Part shown: positions 20,500-29,732 of the stretch, piece by piece
Layout of the letters: the number at the start of each line of letters is the position of its first letter
Position numbering within the stretch: position 1 is the first letter of the stretch
Source of the DNA: Candidatus Eremiobacteria bacterium
GTDB taxonomy: Bacteria; Vulcanimicrobiota; Vulcanimicrobiia; Vulcanimicrobiales; Vulcanimicrobiaceae
Length of the DNA: 64,000 nucleotides
Assembly (NCBI GenBank): GCA_963758295.1
Contig: CAVWUU010000004.1
Coordinates: 640,001-704,000 of the forward strand
Reading direction: 5' to 3'
Position numbers and translations under genes: made by a program
Notes under the pieces: model-generated
What the model was told of the DNA's origin: nothing
The model's input: the letters and a program-made list of their open reading frames with translations, nothing else
Databases searched by the model: none

Positions 20500-21843
20500 A
20501 TGGCGAAAGTCGCAGCGTTTTTCGTGCGTCTCTTTGAGTTTGCTATGCCGGACCCGTACGTCTTTGCGGTCCTGCTCACACTCTTGACGGCGTCGCTCGC
20601 TTTCGGACTCGCGCCGCATCGCACTCTCGAAGACGTCCTCGGTGCCTGGTACAACGGCATCTTCGAGATCTTCGCTTTCGCGCTGCAGATGATTCTGATC
20701 CTCGTGACGGGCTACGCGCTCGCGAGTAGCCTGCCGGTTGCGGGCGCGCTGGAGCGGATAGCGGCAATTCCGCAGACGACGCGCTCGGCCGTCGTGTTGA
20801 CGTTTCTCATTTCTGCCGGCGCATGCTGGCTGAACTGGGGCTTCGGTCTAGTCGTTGCGGGACTGTTAGCAAGAGCGATCGCGCGACGGATGCGCATTGA
20901 TTTCGGGTGGTTGGTGGGTGCGGCTTACAGCGGCTTTCTCATTTGGGCAAGCGGCCTTTCGAGTTCGATTGCGCTCGCGCAAGCGACGCCCGGGAACAAG
21001 CTGAACATCGTACAGAGTTTAACCGGAACGGTGCTGCCGCTTTCGCGCACGATCTTCACTGCGTTCAACTTGGTGCCCGTCCTCGTGCTCGTTATCGTCG
21101 TACCGGCGTTGTTCGTGGCGCTCGAGCCCAAGGGCGGCGATGTCGCAACAGGGGATATTGAAAGGCTCGCGGAGGCCGACGCGGCGGCGCTTCCTCAGTC
21201 TCAGAATCGCGGAAAGCTCGCAAGTGCATTGGATAACGCCTGGGCATTGAATCTCGCGATCGTCGCCGGTGGTCTCGCATATCTAGTCATAACCTGGCGC
21301 AAGACGGGATTTTCGTTGGACATCGACAGCGTGATCTTCATCTTTTTCTTGCTCGGCCTGCTGCTGCATTGGACGCCGGTCCGGTACGTGCGCGCGATCG
21401 ACGGTGCGGCGCGCGTTACGGGACCACTGTTGATTCAGTATCCGCTCTACGGCGGCATCATGGGGCTGATGACCGGCACGGGCCTCGCCGGCGTAATCTC
21501 GCAATGGTTTCTCGCGTTCTCGACCGCTGCGACGCTGCCGTTCTGGAACTACGTCTCGAGCATCATCATCTCGCTTTTCGTTCCGAGCGGTGGCGGTCAT
21601 TGGGCGGTGCAGGGACCATTCGCGGTACCGGCCGCCGCGAAACTCGGCGCGTCGCAAGCGGCTACCGCGATGGCCGTTGCCATTGGGGAAGAAGTCGCAA
21701 ATATGATTCAGCCGTTCTGGGCGCTACCGGTTCTGGCTATCGCGGGCGTCGGTCTGCGCCGCGTGATGGCCTTTACCGCACTCGTGTTCTTCGTAGCACT
21801 GGTCGTCTTTGGAGCGAGCCTGCTCTTACTCGTGCCGCACTGA
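20500..21843 (+). CDS. atoE: Short-chain fatty acid transporter, AtoE family
   Basis: MPDPYVFAVLLT, FALQMILILVTGYALA, NWGFGLV, QYPLYGGIMG, FVPSGGGHWAVQGP, NMIQPFWALP. Confidence 0.9.
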   Translation: MAKVAAFFVRLFEFAMPDPYVFAVLLTLLTASLAFGLAPHRTLEDVLGAWYNGIFEIFAFALQMILILVTGYALASSLPVAGALERIAAIPQTTRSAVVLTFLISAGACWLNWGFGLVVAGLLARAIARRMRIDFGWLVGAAYSGFLIWASGLSSSIALAQATPGNKLNIVQSLTGTVLPLSRTIFTAFNLVPVLVLVIVVPALFVALEPKGGDVATGDIERLAEADAAALPQSQNRGKLASALDNAWALNLAIVAGGLAYLVITWRKTGFSLDIDSVIFIFFLLGLLLHWTPVRYVRAIDGAARVTGPLLIQYPLYGGIMGLMTGTGLAGVISQWFLAFSTAATLPFWNYVSSIIISLFVPSGGGHWAVQGPFAVPAAAKLGASQAATAMAVAIGEEVANMIQPFWALPVLAIAGVGLRRVMAFTALVFFVALVVFGASLLLLVPH

Positions 21844-21897
21844 TTTTTTTCAACGCACGGCTCTTCACGCGAGGCGTTATACTCGGCTGCACTCACT

Positions 21898-22086
21898 TTA
21901 CCAAAGCACTCCATCGGCAAGCAGCATGTAGAGAATTGGTCCCACACCCCACAAGATGCAGACCACGGCCCACAGGATCTTTTTCGCCGTATCCATGTCC
22001 CCGCGCGCGGCGATATTGATCCATGCGAGAATCACTGCGATCGGATGAAGAAAGATCGAAAGTAAGATTTCGAAGAGCAGCTTCAT
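21898..22086 (-). CDS. Small two-helix membrane protein (PLDc N-terminal-like)
   Basis: LAWINIAARGDM...KILWAVVCILWGVGPILY pattern. TAGTAT -10 box 8 nt upstream of the ATG. Confidence 0.65.
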   Translation of the reverse strand: MKLLFEILLSIFLHPIAVILAWINIAARGDMDTAKKILWAVVCILWGVGPILYMLLADGVLW

Positions 22087-22194
22087 GCCTTGATATACTA
22101 CGACGCATCGCGGAAGGTTCCGCGGATGTTGTGGATTTGGCCGCTGATCAGCGCGTTCCAGCCGAGCTGCGAAGCCGTGGCAATCTTTGGTTTG

Positions 22195-22443
22195 TTAGCC
22201 GCGCTCGTCGACGCCGCCGTCCACTTCCTCTTCCTCGTCTTCGTATTCTAAATCGTCTTCTTCAGGCGAGGGCGACATTTCGTCGACCGCACTGAATACC
22301 TCGCGATAAAGCGCGCCGATCTCCCGGCCTAAATCCTCGCCGCCACGATCGGCCGGGACGTTCTTCAGCCAACCGTCTAGCGCAGCGATGGCGATATTCA
22401 TGGCGATGACCTCGGTACCGAGCGCGTGGGATTCGAAATCCAT
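22195..22443 (-). CDS. Small acidic hypothetical protein
   Basis: AAGGAG RBS before ATG 22443, acidic tail EEDDLEYEDEEEE. Confidence 0.65.
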   Translation of the reverse strand: MDFESHALGTEVIAMNIAIAALDGWLKNVPADRGGEDLGREIGALYREVFSAVDEMSPSPEEDDLEYEDEEEEVDGGVDERG

Positions 22444-22576
22444 TCCAGTCTCCTTTAAGTCGACGTGACGAGCGTAGCGGACGGCCAATTATCCGCGCAT
22501 TAAGGGTATGACTTTTCCACTAGAGGCCTTTCCGGTGCAACGGGGTAGAAAGTTAGCCCGGCAACCGGGATAAACC

Positions 22577-24079
22577 ATGAGAAATCCGTTTCAACACCGC
22601 GAAAATGCGCCTGTAGCCCTGATTACGATCACCGTGATGCTTGGCATGATCATGGCCATCATCGATTCGACGATCGTGAATGTCGCCCTGAACACCATCG
22701 CCGGCAACCTGGGCGCATCGGTAGACGAAGTCTCCTGGGTTGCAACGGGCTACATCCTTGCCAATGTGTGCGTCATGCCGTTGAACGGCTGGCTCACCGC
22801 TTATCTGGGGCGCAAGAAGTTCTACGCTGCCTCGCTCGCGATTTTCACGATTGCGTCGCTTCTTTGCGGAACCGCGACGTCGATCACGCAACTCATCATT
22901 TATCGCGTGATCCAGGGCATCGGCGGCGGCGCGCTGCAGCCGACCGCACAGGCGATTCTTTTCGAAACGTACCCGGCCGAAAAACGCGGCGCCGCAATGG
23001 CGATTTTCGGACTGGGCGCAATGGTCGGCCCGGCAGTCGGACCGACGCTTGGCGGCTATATCGTAGACAACGCTACGTGGCCGCTGATTTTCTACATCAA
23101 CATCCCGATCGGCATCATCGCGTTCATGATGACCATGGCCGTGATTCCCAATCCGAAGTTCATCGAAAAAGTGAAGACCGGCATCGACTGGACCGGTTTG
23201 ACTCTGCTGACCGCCGGTCTCGCATCGTTGCAGTATGTCTTGGAGCGCGGTGAACACGACGAATGGTACAGTTCGAGCACCATTTGGATTCTGACGGTCG
23301 TGGCCGCGGTGTCGCTCGTCTGGTTCGTGGTCAAGATGCTGAAAGACCGGTATCCGCTCGTGCAACTGCGCGTGTTCCGGCTTTCGTCTTATACGATCGG
23401 GAACATCATCGGCATCGTTTCGGGATTTGGGTTATTCGGCACGGCGTTGATCCTGCCGCTCTTCTTCCAGACGATTCTCGGCTTCACCGCGTTCGATACG
23501 GGGATGGCCCTTTTACCGGGCGCGATCGCGACCGCGATCAGTATGCTGATCATCGGCCGGATCAACAACATCGTCGATCCGCGCGTGTCCATCGCATTCG
23601 GAATGGTCGTCTTCGGCTACTCCACGTGGATGCTCGGGGGCCTCAACACGCAAGCGGGATACTGGGAAGTCTTCTGGCCGCGCGTGGTTCAAGGCCTCGG
23701 GTTAGGCTTTCTTTTCGTGCCGCTTTCGACGGTTACTTTGGGCGACGTTCCCATTCCGGAATTGGCAGGTGCAACCGGCGTCTACACGCTCGTTCGCCAG
23801 CTGGGCGGCAGTTTCGGTATTGCGATCCTCACTACGCTCCTTACGCACGAAACGGCGGTAGCGTGGAACGTTCTCGCCTCCGGCGTTACGGCGACGCACG
23901 GATATTCGGTCGGCATGCTTACGCAAATGGTCTCACAGCAGGCGGCGATGATTTCCTATGACTACCTCTTCCGCCTCACGGCGATTTTGTTCTTCATCTG
24001 CACGCCGCTGGTGTTTTTCATCAAGGTAAAACCACGGGGGGCAAATGCTTCCGCAATGGCAATGGCGGCGGCGGAATAA
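22577..24079 (+). CDS. DHA2 (EmrB/QacA) MFS efflux transporter
   Basis: IDSTIVNVAL, SWVATGY, RVIQGIGGG, GPTLGGYI, W..IFYINIPIG, RQLGGSFGIA; about 14 TM segments. Confidence 0.92.
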   Translation: MRNPFQHRENAPVALITITVMLGMIMAIIDSTIVNVALNTIAGNLGASVDEVSWVATGYILANVCVMPLNGWLTAYLGRKKFYAASLAIFTIASLLCGTATSITQLIIYRVIQGIGGGALQPTAQAILFETYPAEKRGAAMAIFGLGAMVGPAVGPTLGGYIVDNATWPLIFYINIPIGIIAFMMTMAVIPNPKFIEKVKTGIDWTGLTLLTAGLASLQYVLERGEHDEWYSSSTIWILTVVAAVSLVWFVVKMLKDRYPLVQLRVFRLSSYTIGNIIGIVSGFGLFGTALILPLFFQTILGFTAFDTGMALLPGAIATAISMLIIGRINNIVDPRVSIAFGMVVFGYSTWMLGGLNTQAGYWEVFWPRVVQGLGLGFLFVPLSTVTLGDVPIPELAGATGVYTLVRQLGGSFGIAILTTLLTHETAVAWNVLASGVTATHGYSVGMLTQMVSQQAAMISYDYLFRLTAILFFICTPLVFFIKVKPRGANASAMAMAAAE

Positions 24080-24083
24080 ACCG

Positions 24084-24977
24084 ATGAGTACGGCACGCTA
24101 TTTATTACTCGACGTCTTCACGGATCGTCCGTTCGAAGGCAATCAACTCGCCGTTTTTCCTGAAGGAGCGCTCGCCGATCGCGCCATGCAACGCATCGCC
24201 CGGGAACTCAATCTGGCTGAGACGGTCTTCGCCACTCGGGGCGACGGCCGCACGGCGGCAACGTTGCGCATCTTCACGCCCGGCCGCGAAGTACCGTTCG
24301 CGGGGCATCCCACCATCGGTACGGCGATTGCGATTGCGACCGAACTGCAGTGGGTCGACTATTCCGTCGACTCCTTCGTGCTGCGAGAAAACGTCGGGGA
24401 CATTCCCATAGCACTCGAACGCGGCGCGGTTTTAACCGCGTGGCTTACCACGCCGCCCACGTTCTTGCGCCAAACTTTCGATCGTGAAGCCGCCGCTGCT
24501 TCGCTCGGGCTCGACCTCCAAGCGGTTCGCGATGACGTGCCGCCGCAGATTGCCGGTGCCGGTCCGGCCTTTCTCTATATCGGCCTCACGTCGCGCGAGG
24601 CCGTCGATCGCGCGTGCATCGACGACGCCGCGCTCCGGCGCATGGTGGACTATTCGCAAATCGTCGGCGTGTATTGCTTCTCGCAAGAAGAGGGCGGCTT
24701 TCACGCACGCATGTTTGCGCCGATGTCGGGCATCCCGGAGGATCCCGCAACAGGAAGCGCTGCGGGCCCGCTCTGCTTTTATCTCGCCAATTACAGTGCT
24801 CTACCGAAGGCCGAACGCTTTGTGGTTCTTCAAGGCGTCGCCATGGGTAGGCGCTCGGTCATCCACGTTCGCTGCAAGTGGGACGGCGATACCTTGGGTC
24901 AAGCCGACGTCGGCGGAAATGCGGTCATCGTGGGGCACGGGGAGCTTATCGTACCAGACGACGGGCCAACGGGTTAA
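24084..24977 (+). CDS. PhzF-family isomerase/epimerase
   Basis: DVFTDRPFEGNQLAV, ELNLAETVF, RIFTPGREVPFAGHPTIG, EDPATGSAAG, QGVAMGR. Confidence 0.92.
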   Translation: MSTARYLLLDVFTDRPFEGNQLAVFPEGALADRAMQRIARELNLAETVFATRGDGRTAATLRIFTPGREVPFAGHPTIGTAIAIATELQWVDYSVDSFVLRENVGDIPIALERGAVLTAWLTTPPTFLRQTFDREAAAASLGLDLQAVRDDVPPQIAGAGPAFLYIGLTSREAVDRACIDDAALRRMVDYSQIVGVYCFSQEEGGFHARMFAPMSGIPEDPATGSAAGPLCFYLANYSALPKAERFVVLQGVAMGRRSVIHVRCKWDGDTLGQADVGGNAVIVGHGELIVPDDGPTG

Positions 24978-25827
24978 GCGCGCGAAAGCGCCACCGCTGC
25001 TCGTAGTTCATCCGTCGCAACACGTTTCGCGCCCGCGTCTCGACCGTTTGTTTGCGAGCGAGTTCGTCCGTGAGCGCATGCAGCATTCCCAGCCGAACGC
25101 GTAGTCTTGCGATTGTCGCAAGTGCAGCCGGCGGATGTTCGCCGTGGAAGCGCATGAGACGCGGGTAAAATTCGGCAAAATACGTCGGCACGTGAATGTC
25201 GCGCAACTGCGCTTCGTCTACAACTTTGCCCGGTGCCCCGAGATTCGTGTAGTGCCATTCCTTTTCGGCGTGCCGTTGTACGTCGAGCGTATGTCCGTAA
25301 TGCGCGTACACATAGGGCAACACCAGTCGCTGCCCGGGCAACCCGCGCAACTGTTCGTGCACGGTGCCTTCCCAACGGACGCCGGAATGAAAGCGATGGA
25401 ACATCAAGCGGCGTTCGATGGACATGTACCAGTCGAACGAGCCGAAGAAATGCCACGTGTAAGCATCAACGGCATCGTAATCGGCGGGCACCTCGTGCAA
25501 GTGTGACGCGATGCGTTGCGCCGCCGTTGCGTGAACCTCGTCGGCGTCGACGAAGGCCACCCAATCGCCGGCATTCTCTCGCTCGTGAATGGCGAGACAG
25601 ACATTTCGCGCCGCGGCGAAGCCGGTGAACGGCGTGCGATCCATGATCAAGGCGCCTCGCCCCGCGAAACCGCTTGCCCGAAGCGTTTGCTCGTGCGGAG
25701 ATGGGCCCGATCCGTTGTCGTTCACGATAACCGTTTGCACGACGCCTTCGAGCGATTCGAGAAGCGCCGTTAGAAACGGTTCTTCTCGCGGGCCGAGAAT
25801 CAAGTGGGCGGCGATGCGGGCGGACAC
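24946..25827 (-). CDS. Glycosyltransferase family 2-like protein
   Basis: IVNDNGS, FAAARN, WVAFVDADE, WEGTVHEQ. Confidence 0.8.
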   Translation of the reverse strand: MSARIAAHLILGPREEPFLTALLESLEGVVQTVIVNDNGSGPSPHEQTLRASGFAGRGALIMDRTPFTGFAAARNVCLAIHERENAGDWVAFVDADEVHATAAQRIASHLHEVPADYDAVDAYTWHFFGSFDWYMSIERRLMFHRFHSGVRWEGTVHEQLRGLPGQRLVLPYVYAHYGHTLDVQRHAEKEWHYTNLGAPGKVVDEAQLRDIHVPTYFAEFYPRLMRFHGEHPPAALATIARLRVRLGMLHALTDELARKQTVETRARNVLRRMNYEQRWRFRALNPLARRLVR

Positions 25828-25883
25828 CGCAACGCGCGTTCGTCAGGCAGAATCGGCGCCCTTCCGCGTCGTACCGGCGTAAC

Positions 25884-26339
25884 ATGCAGCGCATTCATCT
25901 TGCCACGGCTTTGATCGAGCGCGCCGGAGCCGTTCTGCTCGTGGCGTCGCGGTATCCCTCGCACCCCCAACCGTTATGGAACCTTCCCGGCGGGCGTCAG
26001 CAAAGCGGCGAGCTGCTGGAGCGGACAGCGTTGCGAGAGCTTCGTGAAGAGACGGGTCTTGCCGGCACGATTCGGGGTCTCGCATACGTCGCGGAGAGCT
26101 ACGACGGAGACCGTCATTTCTTGAACGCTGCGTTTCTGGTTGACGCCCAAGGTGAACCGGAGTTGCCGCGCGCCGGCGATCACGTCGCTAAAATCGAATG
26201 GATACCGCTCGACCGGATTGCCGGCCGCTTACACGCGGCGGTCGTTCGGGAACCGCTTTTGAATTTTCTTGAACGCGGGCAGCAATATTCTTCATTCGCA
26301 CGCGCCGATATTTCGGTTCGCTGGTTCGACGAAGGCTAA
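25884..26339 (+). CDS. NUDIX hydrolase
   Basis: Nudix box LPGGRQQSGE...ALRELREETGL. Confidence 0.9.
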   Translation: MQRIHLATALIERAGAVLLVASRYPSHPQPLWNLPGGRQQSGELLERTALRELREETGLAGTIRGLAYVAESYDGDRHFLNAAFLVDAQGEPELPRAGDHVAKIEWIPLDRIAGRLHAAVVREPLLNFLERGQQYSSFARADISVRWFDEG

Positions 26340-26887
26340 ACCGTATTGGCCGCTTCCCATCGCGCGCGCTCGAGCACGAAGCCGAGAACGTCTACCGGAT
26401 GTCCCTGGACCGTCGCACCATGCGGCAAAACGCCGTCCGGCTCGAAGCCGACGCGCGTTAGCACGAGCTTCGAGGGTTCGTTTTCGGGAACGCAGTACGC
26501 GCGCAGGCGGCGCAGACTTACGCGGGAGAATCCTTCGTTAACGAGCGCTCGCACCGCTTCGCTTGCGATGCCGCGCCGGCGGTATTCACGGACGACGCTA
26601 TACCCGATTTCTGCCGATCCGGCGGAACGCTCGCCGATTCGCAGCGACGCCCAGCCAACGGGCGGTTCGACGCCTTCGAGGTAAACCAACCATTCGAAGC
26701 GTCCCCACGATCCATGCTGCAACCGGCGTGGCCGAGACGCAACCATGCGTTGAAACTGCGCAAGATCCGCATCGGGCAGATCTTGGTACCTTCGCAAATC
26801 GGGCGCTTGCAGTATCTGCCAAAGCAGTTCCGCGTTCTCGGCGTTCACGGGGACCAAACGCAAGCGTTCGGTTAAAATCGTTCGCAC
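26336..26887 (-). CDS. GNAT acetyltransferase, RimJ/RimL family
   Basis: TERLRL, EIGYSV..YRRRGIASEA, ENEPS..VL.RVGF..DG. Confidence 0.88.
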   Translation of the reverse strand: MRTILTERLRLVPVNAENAELLWQILQAPDLRRYQDLPDADLAQFQRMVASRPRRLQHGSWGRFEWLVYLEGVEPPVGWASLRIGERSAGSAEIGYSVVREYRRRGIASEAVRALVNEGFSRVSLRRLRAYCVPENEPSKLVLTRVGFEPDGVLPHGATVQGHPVDVLGFVLERARWEAANTV

Positions 26888-26943
26888 TGCTGCTTGCTGT
26901 ACCCAATTTCGCGCGTGATAGCCGCCTGCAAAGGAGGCTCGCG

Positions 26944-27273
26944 ATGAACATTACGACGGCTTACAATTCCGATCGTCCGGCACTCGTCAGCTTTAGCGGA
27001 ACGGTAACGTCCTCTCCGTCGTATTTCTACGGAACGCACACGCATGCCGAACACGAAGAATTCGCGATGCAAACCGCGGCCGGCCCGCTCGACGTCATAG
27101 ACAACGTCGGCCTTGCTCCGCCGGTTCCGGTTTCGCCCGGCGATCGAATCGACGTCCGCGGCGAGATGGTGCATGACGCCGGCAAGCCTCCGATCGTGCA
27201 CTGGACCCATCACGATCCGGCGCATCAGCATCCGGACGGGTTCATTCGCTTCCAGGGGAAGGTGTATGCATAG
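26944..27273 (+). CDS. DUF3465-like OB-fold protein
   Basis: AAGGAGG RBS, H..F...IDNVGLAP..PGDRIDVRGE...IVHWTHHDP..HPDGFI...GKVY. Confidence 0.75.
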   Translation: MNITTAYNSDRPALVSFSGTVTSSPSYFYGTHTHAEHEEFAMQTAAGPLDVIDNVGLAPPVPVSPGDRIDVRGEMVHDAGKPPIVHWTHHDPAHQHPDGFIRFQGKVYA

Positions 27274-28036
27274 CGCCTTTCAACGCGAGCAGTTCCGGAA
27301 TCGTAACGAAGCGGTAGCCTTCGCGCTTTAATTCGCTCACGATCAATTCCGTCGCCGCGATGTCGGCCGTGCGATCGCAGACGTGAAGGTTGGCTTTTTT
27401 GCGGCTGCACAGAAGACCGCGATTGCCGTCGTGAAGCACGATGATCGAACCGTCGCGCACGTACGGCAGAATGCGTTTTGCAATCACGCTCGCGGGCGGA
27501 TACTCCCAATCACGTGCCAGCGGAACCGACCACATTACCGGCGTGTAGCCAAGGTGGCGCGCCTGATCGAGCACAAGCCAGTCTCGCGAACCGTACGGCG
27601 GGCGCATGATATGCGTGTGCACGCCGGCGGCCGAGTAAATCGCGTCGTCGGTTCGCTTCAGGGTTTTGCGCAATTGATCGGGCGTAAGAACGATCAGGTG
27701 ATCGTGTTGCCAAGTATGATTGCCGATCGCGTTGCCGTCGCGCAGCTCGCGCCGCACGACCGATGGATACGCCGTTACGGCTTGGCCCACAAGGAAAAAC
27801 GTCGCGTGCACGTGTTCGCGTTCGAGCACGTCGAGGATCTGTGAAGTGTACGGGGGGTTGGGCCCGTCGTCGTACGTTAGCGCGACCACGCGCTCGTTGG
27901 CGGGCCCGCTTACCACCGTCTTTCCGAAAAGCTGATTGCTCGGATTCTCAGAAATTTCGTACGTTACGAAAGCGATGAGTCCGCAAATGAGCGCAACGAG
28001 GCCCCACCGGACGGCTCCGCGCACCGCGATGACCAT
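27242..28036 (-). CDS. Polysaccharide deacetylase (CE4/NodB)
   Basis: ALTYDDGP, ATFFLVG, GNHTWQH, RPPYG, DW, IIVLHDG; N-terminal TM anchor. Confidence 0.92.
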   Translation of the reverse strand: MVIAVRGAVRWGLVALICGLIAFVTYEISENPSNQLFGKTVVSGPANERVVALTYDDGPNPPYTSQILDVLEREHVHATFFLVGQAVTAYPSVVRRELRDGNAIGNHTWQHDHLIVLTPDQLRKTLKRTDDAIYSAAGVHTHIMRPPYGSRDWLVLDQARHLGYTPVMWSVPLARDWEYPPASVIAKRILPYVRDGSIIVLHDGNRGLLCSRKKANLHVCDRTADIAATELIVSELKREGYRFVTIPELLALKGAMHTPSPGSE

Positions 28037-28039
28037 AAA

Positions 28040-28693
28040 CTAGAGCTTGTTCTGCGCGGCCGAGGCGCGAGCGCGCGACACTTTGTCGCGGAATGACGGC
28101 GGTCCGAAAGTCCGGAAATCGTCAACGATCTTTTGGTAACGCGGGTCGGCGAGCGACGTGCTCTGCAGCTTCAGCAGATCGTTCGGCTTCGTTTTGGAGA
28201 GATTGATGTTGAACTGACGCCCCGCCATCGTCGCCCAATAATGCGGATCGGTAAAGGTCACGGTGCGCTCGCCTTGTTTGAAATCGGCAAGCTGCTTGAC
28301 GTAGACCGTATAGTGAATGCTCGTGTTGCCCCGCGGCGGCTGATTCACCATCTGCCAGATGCCATCTTCATCGAGTGAACCAAAGAAAAAGCTTACGTCG
28401 TACATTTGCTTCGGAGGCGCAGTTATCGTCAATTGCCTTCCCGCATAGGTGCGAATGCGGTAGGTGAACGTCGATACGCCCTCGAGGTCTTTCATGTTGT
28501 ACTCTTCTTCGTAAATCGGGGGCTTGTCGTACCGGATTAGCAATCGCGCATAGAGCTGGCTCGGCGCATGCTGCGCGCGCGAAACCGTGTTGACGCGAGA
28601 AAATTCGGTCCGTCCGTAGTAAACACGCCAGCCGATGATGGCCATGACGATCGCAACGATAACAATGAACGCGGTGGTAGGAAAGCGGCGCAT
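28040..28693 (-). CDS. Membrane-anchored hypothetical protein
   Basis: N-terminal TM helix, in operon arrangement with RNase H and the deacetylase. Confidence 0.7.
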   Translation of the reverse strand: MRRFPTTAFIVIVAIVMAIIGWRVYYGRTEFSRVNTVSRAQHAPSQLYARLLIRYDKPPIYEEEYNMKDLEGVSTFTYRIRTYAGRQLTITAPPKQMYDVSFFFGSLDEDGIWQMVNQPPRGNTSIHYTVYVKQLADFKQGERTVTFTDPHYWATMAGRQFNINLSKTKPNDLLKLQSTSLADPRYQKIVDDFRTFGPPSFRDKVSRARASAAQNKL

Positions 28694-28703
28694 GATGGGC
28701 GAG

Positions 28704-29147
28704 CTACGAAGACGACGCCGAAGCTTCGTGGTCTAGCACTTCGTTCACCACGCGGTCTGCGAGCGCGTTATCCTTACGGCGAACGTGCGCGACGTCGACG
28801 TGTTCGAATTTGTTGAGCAGCGCCCGCGCGCGCCGGAACAGCGGCTGCAGTCCCTCATGCTTCACGCGGTACTCTCCGCGCAGCTGCTTGACGACGAGTT
28901 CCGAATCCATGCGCACGGCAAGGCGATTGATGCCGCGCTCCGCGGCGCGCTCCAGCCCGATGCAAAGGGCGGTCCATTCGGCGACGTTGTTGGTGGCGCG
29001 ACCCAAGAAGAGGCCTACGGTGTCCACGATCTCGCCCGAGGGGTCGACCAAGACCGCTCCGCTGGCGGCGGGCCCCGGATTTCCTCTCGATCCGCCGTCG
29101 GCGTACAGCGTGGCGTCATGGGGCAGACGGTCGAAGAGCGTGGTCAT
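28704..29147 (-). CDS. rnhA: Ribonuclease HI family protein
   Basis: YADGGSRGNPGPA, TNNVAEW, DSELVVKQL.GEYRVK, HVRRKDN..AD. Confidence 0.88.
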   Translation of the reverse strand: MTTLFDRLPHDATLYADGGSRGNPGPAASGAVLVDPSGEIVDTVGLFLGRATNNVAEWTALCIGLERAAERGINRLAVRMDSELVVKQLRGEYRVKHEGLQPLFRRARALLNKFEHVDVAHVRRKDNALADRVVNEVLDHEASASSS

Positions 29148-29226
29148 TCCCGCGGATGGTTCCTCGCAAGCGGCGGCTACTCTTCTCCCGTGAAGACCGG
29201 GCAAGAAAGGGTATAGACCAAGCGAT

Positions 29227-29571
29227 ATGCGTAAGAAACTGTTCTCGACTCTCGCGGCCTTCGCGGCAACTGCCGCATTGACGTTCCCGCAAATCGCTAT
29301 GGCCGCGAGCACGTTCTACGGCATCACGGTCCACGTTTCGACCAGCAACATCAAGGTTCAGGACCCGAAGACCAAGCAGACGCTCAGCTTCGCCATCGTT
29401 CCGAAATTCGACCAGATTTTCTCGGCCGACGGCAAGACGACGTATCAGATGAAAGCAGTCAAAGCCGGCCAGTACGTCGGCGTCATTTACGACCAGAAGG
29501 CGCTCGGCATCCGGCATGCCGACAAAATTTTTCTGCTCAACAACGCCAACGAGAAAATCGGCAAACAATAG
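29227..29571 (+). CDS. Small secreted OB-fold-like hypothetical protein
   Basis: Signal peptide ending AMA, followed by a terminator. Confidence 0.75.
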   Translation: MRKKLFSTLAAFAATAALTFPQIAMAASTFYGITVHVSTSNIKVQDPKTKQTLSFAIVPKFDQIFSADGKTTYQMKAVKAGQYVGVIYDQKALGIRHADKIFLLNNANEKIGKQ

Positions 29572-29591
29572 ATCCCTTGCCGTAAAGGGCT

Positions 29592-29622
29592 TAAGGCTGC
29601 CGGCTTTCCGGCGGCCTTTTTT
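29592..29622 (+). terminator. Rho-independent terminator
   Basis: AAGGCTGCCGG-CTTT-CCGGCGGCCTT followed by a T-run. Confidence 0.8.
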
Positions 29623-29732
29623 AAATTCCTCGGACGTCTTTTGACGATAAGCAGGCTACCACTTGGCATGGTAACCTTAGAACTTCCGGAATCATCCTAC
29701 CTCTGCTTTCTACGCCAGGTGCGAGGTGACAC